64,000 bases of DNA from Pseudomonas sp. GTDB taxonomy: Bacteria; Pseudomonadota; Gammaproteobacteria; Pseudomonadales; Pseudomonadaceae. The stretch is taken from positions 11,386-75,385 of the forward strand of contig NZ_JBEVDL010000094.1 of the NCBI RefSeq assembly GCF_040514055.1, in the 5' to 3' direction. Within the stretch, counting starts at the first letter, position 1. Each line of letters begins with the position of its first letter. Positions 38,239 to 47,899 of this stretch are shown here, one piece after another. A model generated the notes under the pieces. The model saw nothing but the letters and a program-made list of their open reading frames with translations. It did not search any database and had not been told where the DNA came from. A program made the translations under genes and the position numbers.

Positions 38239-39579
38239 TTAAAGAATATAGCGCGACAGGTCTTCGTCCTGCGCCAGCTCGCCCAGGTGGCCGTTGACAT
38301 AGGCTTCATCGATCAGGATCGGCGCGCCGTCCTGCTTACCCGCCAGGTCGCCAGCGCTGAACGAGACCTCCTCCAGCAGGCGTTCGAGCAGGGTGTGCAG
38401 CCGTCGTGCGCCAATGTTTTCGGTCTTCTCATTGACCTGCCAGGCGATTTCGGCCAGGCGTTTGATGCCGTCGGCGGCGAATTCAATCCGCAGCCCCTCG
38501 GTCTTGAGCAGCTCACGGTATTGCTCGGTCAGGGATGCATGGGGCTCGGTAAGAATGCGCTCGAAGTCGTTGGGACTCAGGGCTTTGAGTTCCACCCGGA
38601 TCGGCAGGCGGCCTTGCAACTCGGGCACCAGGTCGCTGGGCTTGCTCAAGTGGAACGCGCCCGAGGCGATAAACAGGATATGGTCGGTCTTGACCATGCC
38701 CAGCTTGGTGTTGACCGTGCAGCCTTCGATCAGGGGCAGCAAATCCCGTTGCACGCCCTCGCGCGAGACATCGGCCCCACCGACATTGCCGCGTTTGGCG
38801 ACCTTGTCGATTTCGTCGATAAAAACGATGCCGTTCTGTTCGACCGCTTCCAGGGCGCGGGCCTTGAGCTCTTCCTCGTTGACCAGGCGCCCGGCTTCCT
38901 CGTCGCGCACCAGTTTCAGCGCGTCCTTGACCTTGAGCTTGCGGCTTTTTTTCTTGCCCTTGCCCATGTTGGAAAACAGGTTCTGCAGCTGGCTGGTCAT
39001 TTCCTCCATGCCCGGGGGGGCCATGATCTCCACGCCGGCCGGGTTTTCGGCGACCTCGATCTCGATGTCCTTATCGTCCAGTTGGCCTTCGCGCAGGCGT
39101 TTACGAAACAGCTGGCGGGTGTTGCTGTCGGTGCTCGGCTGGGCTTCCTCCTGGAAGCCGCTGCGGGCGGGAGGCAGCAAGGCATCTAGGATTCGCTCCT
39201 CGGCGGCATCCTCGGCACGGTGGCGGACCTTGACGATTTCCTGCTCGCGCAGCAGCTTGATCGCCGCATCGGCCAGGTCGCGGATGATCGATTCGACATC
39301 GCGGCCGACATAACCAACCTCGGTGAACTTGGTCGCTTCCACCTTGATAAAGGGTGCGTTGGCCAGCTTGGCCAGGCGCCGGGCGATTTCAGTCTTGCCG
39401 ACGCCGGTCGGGCCGATCATCAGGATATTCTTGGGCGTGACTTCGGCACGCAAATCCAGCGGCAGCTGCATGCGCCGCCAGCGGTTGCGCAAAGCGATGG
39501 CAACGGCACGTTTGGCATCGTCCTGGCCGATGATGTGACGGTTAAGTTCGTGGACGATTTCGCGGGGCGTCATGGACAT
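38239..39579 (-). CDS. hslU: HslUV protease ATPase subunit
   Basis: [37 protein letters not shown]. Confidence 0.98.
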   Translation of the reverse strand: MSMTPREIVHELNRHIIGQDDAKRAVAIALRNRWRRMQLPLDLRAEVTPKNILMIGPTGVGKTEIARRLAKLANAPFIKVEATKFTEVGYVGRDVESIIRDLADAAIKLLREQEIVKVRHRAEDAAEERILDALLPPARSGFQEEAQPSTDSNTRQLFRKRLREGQLDDKDIEIEVAENPAGVEIMAPPGMEEMTSQLQNLFSNMGKGKKKSRKLKVKDALKLVRDEEAGRLVNEEELKARALEAVEQNGIVFIDEIDKVAKRGNVGGADVSREGVQRDLLPLIEGCTVNTKLGMVKTDHILFIASGAFHLSKPSDLVPELQGRLPIRVELKALSPNDFERILTEPHASLTEQYRELLKTEGLRIEFAADGIKRLAEIAWQVNEKTENIGARRLHTLLERLLEEVSFSAGDLAGKQDGAPILIDEAYVNGHLGELAQDEDLSRYIL

Positions 39580-39594
39580 AGGGATTCATCGACC

Positions 39595-40125
39595 TCAGAC
39601 AGCGAGGTCCAGCTCCTCGATGGTCTGGTTGTGGTTGGTGAAGACGCAGATGTCGCCGGCAATATTCAGCGCGGTTTCCGCGACTTCACGGGCGGACAAG
39701 CTGGTGTGCAGCAGCAGGGCGCGCGCGGCGGCCTGGGCAAAGGGGCCGCCGGAGCCCATGGCGATCAACCCATCCTCGGGCTCGACCACGTCGCCATTGC
39801 CGGTGATGATCAGCGAGGCGTCCTTGTTGGCGACCGCCAGCATGGCTTCCAGGCGGCTCAGGGAGCGGTCGGTGCGCCAGTCCTTGGCCAGCTCGACGGC
39901 GGCGCGGACCAGATGCCCTTGGTGTTTTTCCAGCTTGCCCTCGAAACGTTCGAACAGCGTAAAGGCATCCGCCGTGGCGCCGGCGAAACCGGCCAGCACC
40001 TGGCCGTGGTAGAGGCGCCGGACTTTTTTCGCATTGCCTTTCATCACGGTATTGCCAAGGGACACCTGGCCGTCGCCGGCCATGACGACTTTGCCTTGGC
40101 GGCGCACTGAAACGATGGTGGTCAA
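39595..40125 (-). CDS. hslV: HslUV protease peptidase subunit
   Basis: TTG start; N-terminal TTIVSVRR (Thr nucleophile), [13 protein letters not shown]. Confidence 0.97.
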   Translation of the reverse strand: MTTIVSVRRQGKVVMAGDGQVSLGNTVMKGNAKKVRRLYHGQVLAGFAGATADAFTLFERFEGKLEKHQGHLVRAAVELAKDWRTDRSLSRLEAMLAVANKDASLIITGNGDVVEPEDGLIAMGSGGPFAQAAARALLLHTSLSAREVAETALNIAGDICVFTNHNQTIEELDLAV

Positions 40126-40169
40126 GGGAAGGATCTCCACACGAGGGCGAAATGCCCAGATGGAGACAG

Positions 40170-40198
40170 ATATGGGGGAGCCTGCGGCGCATTTCAAC
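40170..40198 (-). promoter_or_regulatory. Sigma32 (RpoH) promoter of hslVU
   Basis: Minus strand GTTGAAA-N14-CCCCATAT. Confidence 0.8.
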
Positions 40199-40284
40199 CG
40201 GTCGCGCCACCTGTTCGGATCGCGCTGTGAACCCGCCCGCGCGGTTTGCCCCCCAGGCCCGACGGCGTGGGCTTGGGGGTGCGG

Positions 40285-40962
40285 TCAGCGGCCCTGGCGC
40301 TGTTGTAACAGCAGGTTGCTGAAGCCGCTGCCGGCCAGCTGTTTCTGTGCCTGGCTGAGTTGCTCGCGACTGGCGAACGGGCCCACCAGCACCCGGTACC
40401 AGACTTCCTCGCGGACTTTGCCGGATTCCACTTGCACGTTTTGCCCCAGCAATATGATCTGCGCCCTGACCTTGTCCGCATCGCCCTGTTTGCGGAAGGA
40501 GCCGGCCTGGAGGAAAAACTGCGTGGTGACCGGCGCCTTGGCGATCACCACCGGGGCCGGTGGCGGTGTTTGGCCGTTGAGCGCCGCCTGGGCACGGGCG
40601 GCATCGATTTTCGCGGCCTCCTCGGGTGTCACCACCGGCGGGGTTTTTTCCGCGGCAGCGTCGGGCGGCACTATGACTTCGGACTCGGGCAGCAGGGTGT
40701 AGAAATCGTACTTGGGTTTGACCGGTTGGGTCGGCGACGGCGTCGTGGGCTTGTCTGGCACTTGGCTGGTCGTAGGGCGCGGGGTATCGAGCCGCGGGCG
40801 CTTGACGTCGTCGCGGCCGGGTTCGAGTTTCATCAGGAAGACCACGAAGGCGCCGATCGCCAGGCCGGCGACCAGCCACACCCAGCCGGGCACCGATTGC
40901 CGTTGTGCGGCCTGGTAGCGGCTGGCGCCGCGCTTGGCGGCGGGTTTCTTCGCGGCGGCCAT
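40285..40962 (-). CDS. ftsN: SPOR-domain cell division protein (FtsN-like)
   Basis: Basic N-terminus, single TM, KYDFYTLLPE E-domain-like motif, C-terminal LQAGSF...WYRVLVGPF SPOR; lies between argS and hslV. Confidence 0.8.
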   Translation of the reverse strand: MAAAKKPAAKRGASRYQAAQRQSVPGWVWLVAGLAIGAFVVFLMKLEPGRDDVKRPRLDTPRPTTSQVPDKPTTPSPTQPVKPKYDFYTLLPESEVIVPPDAAAEKTPPVVTPEEAAKIDAARAQAALNGQTPPPAPVVIAKAPVTTQFFLQAGSFRKQGDADKVRAQIILLGQNVQVESGKVREEVWYRVLVGPFASREQLSQAQKQLAGSGFSNLLLQQRQGR

Positions 40963-40963
40963 C

Positions 40964-42703
40964 TTACATGCGCTCCAGGGTTTCCAGACCCAGCAGCTCC
41001 AGGCCTTGCTTGAGGGTGCGTCCGGTCAGCGCGGCCAGACGCAACCTGCTTTGTTGCTGTTCGGCTCGCTCCGCCGTCAGGATCGGGCAGTGTTCGTAGA
41101 AGCTGGAGAACAGTCCCGCCACTTCGTAGAGGTAGGTGCACAGGCTGTGGGGTGTGCCTTTTTCCGCGACGTTGTTCAGCACCTCGGCGAACTGCGCCAG
41201 TTTGGTCGCCAGTTCCTGTTCCTGCGGTGCCTGCAGCTCGATCTGGCCGGCCAGCTCGGTGTAGGTCTTGCCCAGTTTGCGGAACACGCTGGCCACCCGG
41301 GTGTAGGCGTACAGCAGGTAGGGCGCGGTGTTGCCCTCGAAGCTCAACATCTGCTCGAAGTTAAAGCTGTAATCGCTGGTGCGGTGTTTGGACAGGTCGG
41401 CGTATTTCACCGAGCCGATGCCCACCACCCTGGCGATATTGCGCAGTTCGGCGTCGTCGAGCTGCGGATTCTTTGCCTTGACCAGGTCATAGGCACGCTG
41501 CTCGGCCTCGTCGAGCAGGTCGATCAGCTTGACCGTGCCGCCATCGCGGGTCTTGAACGGTCGCCCGTCGGCTCCGTTCATGGTGCCAAAGCCCATGTGC
41601 TCGAGCTGCAGACCGTCGTGCACGAAGCCGGCGCGACGGGCCACCTCGAACACCTGCTGGAAATGCAGGGCCTGGCGCTGGTCGACAAAGTACAGCACGC
41701 GGTCGGCGTGCAGGGTCTGACTGCGGTAGCGCATGGCGGCCAGGTCGGTGGTGGCGTACAGGTAGCCGCCACCGGCTTTTTGCACGATGACCGGCAACGG
41801 TTCGCCGTCGGCGTTTTTGTAGGCCTCGAGAAATACGCACTGAGCGCCGTTGCTTTCGACCAGCAGACCGGCTGTTTGCAGGTCGCTTACCACCTGCGCC
41901 AGGTCGTCGTTGTAGGCGCTTTCGCCCTTGACGTCGGCCGGACTCAGTCGGACATTCAGGCGCTCATAGGCGGCCTGGCAATGGGACAGCGAGATGGCGT
42001 TGAAACGGTTCCACAGGCGCAGGCATTCTGGCGCTCCCGCCTGCAGTTGCACCACCAGGGCGCGGGCGCGGTCGGCGAAATCGCTGGACTCGTCGAAGCG
42101 CCGTTTGGCCGCGCGGTAGAACACTTCCAGGTCGGCGAGTTCGGTTTCGCTGGTCTCCGGGTTTTCCTGCAGGTAAGCCAGCAGCATGCCGAACTGGGTA
42201 CCCCAGTCACCCACATGGTTTTGCCGGATCACCGTGTCGCCGAGAAACTCCAGTACCCGCGCCACGCTGTCGCCGATGATGGTCGAGCGCAGGTGGCCGA
42301 CGTGCATTTCCTTGGCCAGGTTCGGCGAAGACAGGTCGACCACCACCCGCTGCGGCGGGCCGGCCTTGCGTACGCCCAGGTCCGCCTCGCCCAGGGCGGC
42401 ATCGAGGCGACCGGCCAGGGCGGCGCTGTTCTGGTAGAAATTGAGGAAGCCGGGGCCGGCGATCTCGACCTTGCTGACCTGCGGATCGCTCGGCAGGGCG
42501 GCGATCAGTTTTTCGGCCAGCTCGCGTGGCTTCAGCGCCGCCGGCTTGGCCAGCATCAGGGCGATGTTGCTGGCGAAGTCCCCATGGCTCTTGTCCTTGG
42601 TGTTCTCGACTTGAATGGCCGGGGTCAGGCCGTCGGGCAACAGGCCGTCCTCGACGAGGCGGGTCAGGGCGTGCTGGATCAACTGGCGGATGCGGTCTTT
42701 CAT
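40964..42703 (-). CDS. argS: Arginyl-tRNA synthetase
   Basis: [42 protein letters not shown]. Confidence 0.98.
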   Translation of the reverse strand: MKDRIRQLIQHALTRLVEDGLLPDGLTPAIQVENTKDKSHGDFASNIALMLAKPAALKPRELAEKLIAALPSDPQVSKVEIAGPGFLNFYQNSAALAGRLDAALGEADLGVRKAGPPQRVVVDLSSPNLAKEMHVGHLRSTIIGDSVARVLEFLGDTVIRQNHVGDWGTQFGMLLAYLQENPETSETELADLEVFYRAAKRRFDESSDFADRARALVVQLQAGAPECLRLWNRFNAISLSHCQAAYERLNVRLSPADVKGESAYNDDLAQVVSDLQTAGLLVESNGAQCVFLEAYKNADGEPLPVIVQKAGGGYLYATTDLAAMRYRSQTLHADRVLYFVDQRQALHFQQVFEVARRAGFVHDGLQLEHMGFGTMNGADGRPFKTRDGGTVKLIDLLDEAEQRAYDLVKAKNPQLDDAELRNIARVVGIGSVKYADLSKHRTSDYSFNFEQMLSFEGNTAPYLLYAYTRVASVFRKLGKTYTELAGQIELQAPQEQELATKLAQFAEVLNNVAEKGTPHSLCTYLYEVAGLFSSFYEHCPILTAERAEQQQSRLRLAALTGRTLKQGLELLGLETLERM

Positions 42704-42785
42704 GGTCTGCTCGTTCGGCCCTTCGGGCGGCGCCGCCTGGGCGCGGGTTGAAAACTGCGTATTATCAGCGCCCTTCGGGCGCCGC

Positions 42786-42913
42786 TTCAAGCGGCAAGGG
42801 TAAAGGGCTGTTAATAAGTGGCGGCAAGCGCCAAGGAACCGCCGGTGGCTGATGGGCTATCGCACAGCGCCCGAGCCTTGCCGCTTGCCTGTGGCTTAAC
42901 GCTTGCGGCTGCT
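42786..42913. repeat. Degenerate heptamer inverted-repeat array
   Basis: Left units TTCAAGC, GGCAAGG, GGCAAGC, GCCAAGG; right units CCTTGCC, GCTTGCC, GCTTAAC, GCTTGCG, then GCTGCT; same pattern as 38135-38234. Confidence 0.6.
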
Positions 42914-42916
42914 CCC

Positions 42917-45130
42917 CTAATACAGATCGATCGGGTCCACATCCAGCGACCAGCGCACCTGTCGTGCGCCCGGAAGGCGCTCGAGGATCGGCAGCCAGGC
43001 GCCGAGCAGGCGGTGCAGCGGGGCGCGCGCATTGGCTTGCAACAGCAATTGCGCGCGATAACGCCCGGCGCGGCGCTCCATGGGGGCCGGGACTGGCCCC
43101 AGCAGTTCGATGCCGCTTAGGGCGAAAGTGCCCAGCAGGTGCTCGGCCTCGCCACAGGCGTCGTCGAGGAATGCCTCGGCCTGGCCCGGCCGATGGGCTT
43201 CGGCGCGCAACAACGCCAGGTGGCAGAAGGGCGGCAGTCCCGCCGCGCGACGCTCGCTCAAGGCCTGCTCGGCAAAGGCGAAGTACCCCTGTTCGGTCAA
43301 CTGGATCAGCAGCGGGTGATCGGCCAGGTGCGTCTGGATAATGACCCGTCCTGGTTCCTCTTCGCGGCCGGCGCGGCCGGCCACCTGGACGATCAACTGG
43401 GCCATGCGTTCGCTGGCGCGAAAGTCCGCGGAAAACAGGCCGCCATCGGCATCGAGGATGGCGACCAGGGTCACTCGCGGGAAGTGATGGCCCTTGGCGA
43501 GCATTTGCGTGCCGACCAGGATGCAGGGTTCGCCGCGCTGGATGGTGTTGAACAGGGTGGTCATGGCCTCCTTGCGTGAGGTGCTGTCGCGATCGACCCG
43601 CAGCACCGGGTACTCGGGGAACAGGATTTCCAGGCGTTCTTCGGCGCGCTCGGTGCCCGCCCCCACGGGGCGCAGGTCGACCTTGCCGCACTGCGGGCAC
43701 TGGTGGGGTCGACGTTCGGCGTGGCCGCAATGGTGGCAGCGCAGCTCCGCGGAGCGTTGATGCACCGTCATGCGCGCATCGCAGCGCGGGCACTCGGACA
43801 ACCAGCCGCAGTCGTGGCAGAGCAGGGTGGGCGCGAACCCCCGGCGATTGAGAAACACCAGCACCTGCTGCCCGGCCGCCAGCGTCTGGCCGATGGCCTG
43901 TTGCATGGGGCCGGAAATGCCGCTGTCCAGTGGCCGACTCTTGATGTCCAGGCGCAGGAAGCGCGGCTGCTGGGCGCCCCCGGCACGCTGGGTCAGGCGT
44001 AGCATGGCGAAGCGGCCGGCATGGGCGTTTTGCAGGCTTTCCAGGGACGGTGTGGCCGAGCCCAGCACGATCGGGATGTTCTCTTGGCGCGCGCGCACCA
44101 AGGCCAGGTCGCGGGCGTGATAGCGCAGGCCTTCCTGCTGTTTGTAGGAGGCGTCATGTTCCTCGTCGATAATGATCAGGCCCGGGCATTTCATCGGGGT
44201 GAACAGCGCCGAGCGGGTGCCGATAATGATGTCGGCCTCGCCGTCGCGGGCCGCCAGCCAGGCATCCAGGCGCTCACGGTCATTGACCGCCGAGTGCAGC
44301 AGGGCGATGCGGGCGTTGAAGCGGCGCTCGAAACGCGCCAGGGTTTGCGGCCCCAGGTTGATCTCGGGAATCAGCACCAGTGCCTGTTTGCCCGCTTCCA
44401 GGGTCTGGCGAATCAGTTGCAGGTAGACCTCGGTCTTGCCGCTGCCCGTGACGCCGGCCAGCAAAAAGGCCTTGAACTCACCGAAGCCGGAGCAGATCGC
44501 CTCGGTGGCGGCGCGTTGCTCGGGGTTGAGCGGCAGCTCCGGCTGGGCGAGCCACTTGGCGTGCCGCTCGGCCACGGCATGGCGACGCACCTCGATTTGC
44601 AGCAGGCCCTTTTCCCGCAGCAATTCCAGGCTGTCCCTGTTGAGTTGCAACTGGCCGAGCAGCTTGTGGGCCACGCCGTGGGGGTGTTGCGCGATGGTCC
44701 GCAGGGCCTCGCGCTGGCGCGGTGCCCTGGCCAGGCGTGGGTCGTCCAGGCGCGCGCCCTCGCTCAGGTGCCAGAAGCGCTCCTGGCGGGCTTCGGCCGG
44801 CTCGCCTTGACGCAGCAGCACCGGCAGTGCCCAGCTCAGGGTGTCGCCCAGGCTGTGCTGGTAATATTGGGCGGTCCATAGGCACAGCTTGAACAGGGGG
44901 GCTGGCAGCGGCGATTGTGGGTCGAGCAATTCCAGCGCCGGCTTGAGTTTATCGAGGGGTACCTCGCTCTCGCTGCACACCTCGATCAGGATGCCAATCA
45001 CTTCGCGGGATCCGAACGGTACGCGCAGGCGCATCCCGGGTTGCCAGGCGACATTTGCCGTGCCGGCCGGGGCGCGGTAGTCGAACAGCCGGCGCAGCGG
45101 CGAGGGCAGGGCGAGGCGCAGGATGGGCAC
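42917..45130 (-). CDS. priA: Primosomal protein N'
   Basis: GVTGSGKTEVY, DEEH, two CxxC-pair Zn sites, QVAGRAGR; start placed at GTG 45130. Confidence 0.97.
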   Translation of the reverse strand: MPILRLALPSPLRRLFDYRAPAGTANVAWQPGMRLRVPFGSREVIGILIEVCSESEVPLDKLKPALELLDPQSPLPAPLFKLCLWTAQYYQHSLGDTLSWALPVLLRQGEPAEARQERFWHLSEGARLDDPRLARAPRQREALRTIAQHPHGVAHKLLGQLQLNRDSLELLREKGLLQIEVRRHAVAERHAKWLAQPELPLNPEQRAATEAICSGFGEFKAFLLAGVTGSGKTEVYLQLIRQTLEAGKQALVLIPEINLGPQTLARFERRFNARIALLHSAVNDRERLDAWLAARDGEADIIIGTRSALFTPMKCPGLIIIDEEHDASYKQQEGLRYHARDLALVRARQENIPIVLGSATPSLESLQNAHAGRFAMLRLTQRAGGAQQPRFLRLDIKSRPLDSGISGPMQQAIGQTLAAGQQVLVFLNRRGFAPTLLCHDCGWLSECPRCDARMTVHQRSAELRCHHCGHAERRPHQCPQCGKVDLRPVGAGTERAEERLEILFPEYPVLRVDRDSTSRKEAMTTLFNTIQRGEPCILVGTQMLAKGHHFPRVTLVAILDADGGLFSADFRASERMAQLIVQVAGRAGREEEPGRVIIQTHLADHPLLIQLTEQGYFAFAEQALSERRAAGLPPFCHLALLRAEAHRPGQAEAFLDDACGEAEHLLGTFALSGIELLGPVPAPMERRAGRYRAQLLLQANARAPLHRLLGAWLPILERLPGARQVRWSLDVDPIDLY

Positions 45131-45297
45131 GCGAGAACTCCGCAGATGGGAGGCCGAGCTTAACACGGCCCCCTGCGACGATCGGCATGCCGCGCGCCTT
45201 GCATCACGGTAGGGCTCTGGTATTATCCGCGGCCTAATTCCGTGCGGTACTCGATAATAATGTCGGGTGGCGGCACGGCAGCCCCGAGGAATACGCC

Positions 45298-45513
45298 ATG
45301 AAAGCTGATATCCATCCGACGTACGAAGCCATCACCGCGACCTGCAGCTGTGGCAACGTGATCCAGACCCGTTCCACCCTGGGCAAGCCAATGAGCCTGG
45401 ACGTGTGCAACGAATGCCACCCCTTCTACACCGGCAAGCAAAAAGTGCTGGACGTGGGCGGTCGTGTCGACAAGTTCAAGCAGCGTTTCGGCGTGTTCGG
45501 TTCCAAGGCGTAA
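45298..45513 (+). CDS. rpmE: 50S ribosomal protein L31 (Zn-binding type)
   Basis: [14 protein letters not shown]...[13 protein letters not shown]. Confidence 0.98.
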   Translation: MKADIHPTYEAITATCSCGNVIQTRSTLGKPMSLDVCNECHPFYTGKQKVLDVGGRVDKFKQRFGVFGSKA

Positions 45514-45539
45514 GCGACTCCGTCGCTTCGCCAGGCCCG

Positions 45540-46337
45540 ATGGGCTGCAGCGTGCTGTTGAAAAAGGCGTCCCTGGTGGGCGCCTTTTTTGTGTCTGTGG
45601 TGGTGACGCCGGCCGTGGCGTTCTGTCCGCTCGCCGTCGAGTTGCCGCAGGTTGACGTGCGGCGGGTGGTGGACGGCGACACCCTGGTGCTGGTCGATGG
45701 TCGCAAGGTGCGGCTGATTGGGCTCAATACCCCCGAGCTGGCCCATGACGGGCGTTCGGCCGAGGTGGGTGCCGACGCCGCCCAGCGGCGCCTGCAGGCG
45801 CTGGTCGAGGCCGGCGGTGGGCGTGTAGGGGTTCGGCTCGGCGATCAGGCCAGGGACCGTCATGGGCGCACCCTGGCCCATGCCTATGGTGTCGATGGGC
45901 GGAATCTGGAGGCCCAGCTGCTGGCCGAGGGTCTTGGTTGGCTGGTGGCGGTGGCGCCCAACGGAGCGCTGGTCGAGTGCCAGCAGGCCGCGGAGCGCCA
46001 GGCACGCGCGGCGCGGCTGGGGGTGTGGCGACAGGCGTCGGTGCAAACGCCCGAGCGACTCGAGAAAAGTGGTTTTGCCCTGCTGAGGGCGCGCGTCGCG
46101 CGGGTCGAGCGCAATCGTGGTGGTCTGTGGATCGAGTTGCAGGGTGGTCTGACGGCGCGCATCGAGCCGGCCTTGCTGGGGCTTTTCGAGCCCGAGCAGA
46201 TTAGCACCTGGGTCGGGAGGCGTGTCGAGGTGCGCGGTTGGGTGGTCGATCGTGGGCGACGTGGTGGCCTTAAGTCGGGCCAGGCCCGCTGGCTACTGCC
46301 CCTGACGCATCCGGCCATGCTCGAACTCCTGCCCTGA
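45540..46337 (+). CDS. Thermonuclease (SNase-like) family protein
   Basis: RRVVDGDTL, VRLIGLNTPE, DRHGRTLAH, LLAEGLG; start uncertain. Confidence 0.85.
   Translation: MGCSVLLKKASLVGAFFVSVVVTPAVAFCPLAVELPQVDVRRVVDGDTLVLVDGRKVRLIGLNTPELAHDGRSAEVGADAAQRRLQALVEAGGGRVGVRLGDQARDRHGRTLAHAYGVDGRNLEAQLLAEGLGWLVAVAPNGALVECQQAAERQARAARLGVWRQASVQTPERLEKSGFALLRARVARVERNRGGLWIELQGGLTARIEPALLGLFEPEQISTWVGRRVEVRGWVVDRGRRGGLKSGQARWLLPLTHPAMLELLP
45561..45590 (+). terminator. Bidirectional-type terminator after rpmE, overlapping the next CDS
   Basis: AAAAAGGCGTCC-CTGGT-GGGCGCCTTTTTT. Confidence 0.75.
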
Positions 46338-46545
46338 GGGTGCGTGCTGTGCGGCGTGCGGGTCGATCAGAAAAAAACCGCCGTCGCGCCAGCGCCCGCA
46401 GCTGCTTAGCGCTACGCTGGATTGGCTTAAAGTCGTATGCCAGGCGGCTTGACAGGGCTGACTGCCCAGTCTTGTGAGCCTTCGGCATCTTGCGTATCCT
46501 CGGCCGCCAGTCTGTTCCACAGTCCAAAAAAGCGGAAATGCCACC

Positions 46546-47814
46546 ATGTCTGATCTGAAAACCGCCGCTCTCGAGTACCACGCCCATCCTCGTCCGGGGA
46601 AACTCAGTGTGGAACTCACCAAGCCCACCGCGACCGCTCGCGACCTGTCCCTGGCCTACAGTCCGGGTGTCGCCGAGCCGGTGCGTGAAATCGCGCGTGA
46701 TCCTGAGCTGGCGTACAAGTACACCGGTAAGGGCAATCTGGTGGCGGTCATTTCCGATGGCACGGCAATTCTCGGTCTGGGAAACCTGGGTCCCCTGGCG
46801 TCCAAGCCGGTGATGGAAGGCAAGGGCGTGTTGTTCAAGCGTTTTGCCGGGATCGATGTGTTCGATATCGAGGTTGACTCGGAAAGCCCTCAGGCCTTTA
46901 TCGACACGGTCAAGCGCATTTCCATCACCTTTGGCGGCATCAACCTGGAAGACATCAAGGCGCCTGAGTGCTTCGAGATCGAACGGGCGCTGATCGAGCA
47001 ATGCGATATTCCGGTGTTCCACGACGACCAGCACGGAACCGCGATCGTGACTGCAGCCGGCATGCTCAATGCCCTGGAAATCGCCGGCAAGACCCTGCCG
47101 CAAGCCAGGATCGTCTGCCTTGGCGCTGGCGCGGCCGCCATCTCCTGCATGAAATTGCTGGTCAGCATGGGGGCCAAGGTCGAAAACATCTTTATGCTCG
47201 ACCGCAAGGGCGTGATCCATGCCGGTCGCGACGACCTGAACCAGTACAAGGCCGTGTTCGCCCACGAAACGGACAAGCGGACCATGGCTGACGCCCTGGA
47301 AGGCGCCGACGTGTTTGTCGGCCTCTCCGGCGCCAATCTGCTGGACCCGGTGGATCTCCAGCGCATGGCGCCGTCGCCCATCGTGTTCGCGTGTTCCAAC
47401 CCTGATCCGGAAATTGCCCCGGCCTTGGCTCATGCCACCCGCGACGATGTGATCATGGCGACCGGCCGGTCGGATTACCCGAATCAAGTGAACAATGTAT
47501 TGGGTTTCCCGTTTATCTTCCGTGGCGCGCTGGATGTGCGGGCGACCCGGATCAACGAGGAGATGAAAATCGCTGCGGCCTTGGCGCTGCGTGATCTGGC
47601 CAAGTTGCCGGTGCCGCAGGAGGTGTGTGACGCCTACGGCGGTATCGAATTGTCCTTCGGTCGTGAGTACATCATTCCCAAGCCGTTGGATGCGCGCCTG
47701 ATCACGGTGATCTCGGATGCCGTGGCCAAGGCCGCGATCGAGACGGGTGTGGCCACCTTGCCCTATCCCAAGCACTATCCGCTGAAGTCGGTGGACGAGG
47801 TCTTCAACGGCTGA
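46546..47814 (+). CDS. maeB: Malic enzyme (no PTA domain)
   Basis: [43 protein letters not shown]. Confidence 0.93.
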   Translation: MSDLKTAALEYHAHPRPGKLSVELTKPTATARDLSLAYSPGVAEPVREIARDPELAYKYTGKGNLVAVISDGTAILGLGNLGPLASKPVMEGKGVLFKRFAGIDVFDIEVDSESPQAFIDTVKRISITFGGINLEDIKAPECFEIERALIEQCDIPVFHDDQHGTAIVTAAGMLNALEIAGKTLPQARIVCLGAGAAAISCMKLLVSMGAKVENIFMLDRKGVIHAGRDDLNQYKAVFAHETDKRTMADALEGADVFVGLSGANLLDPVDLQRMAPSPIVFACSNPDPEIAPALAHATRDDVIMATGRSDYPNQVNNVLGFPFIFRGALDVRATRINEEMKIAAALALRDLAKLPVPQEVCDAYGGIELSFGREYIIPKPLDARLITVISDAVAKAAIETGVATLPYPKHYPLKSVDEVFNG

Positions 47815-47833
47815 ATCCTGCCGCTGCTTGCAT

Positions 47834-47861
47834 AAAAAACCCCGCGTCTGCGGGGTTTTTT
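47834..47861. terminator. Bidirectional terminator between malic enzyme and mrcA
   Basis: AAAAAACCCCGC-GTCT-GCGGGGTTTTTT. Confidence 0.88.
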
Positions 47862-47899
47862 ATGCGATTTACCCGGCCTTGCGACCGGGGGGAGTTGGC

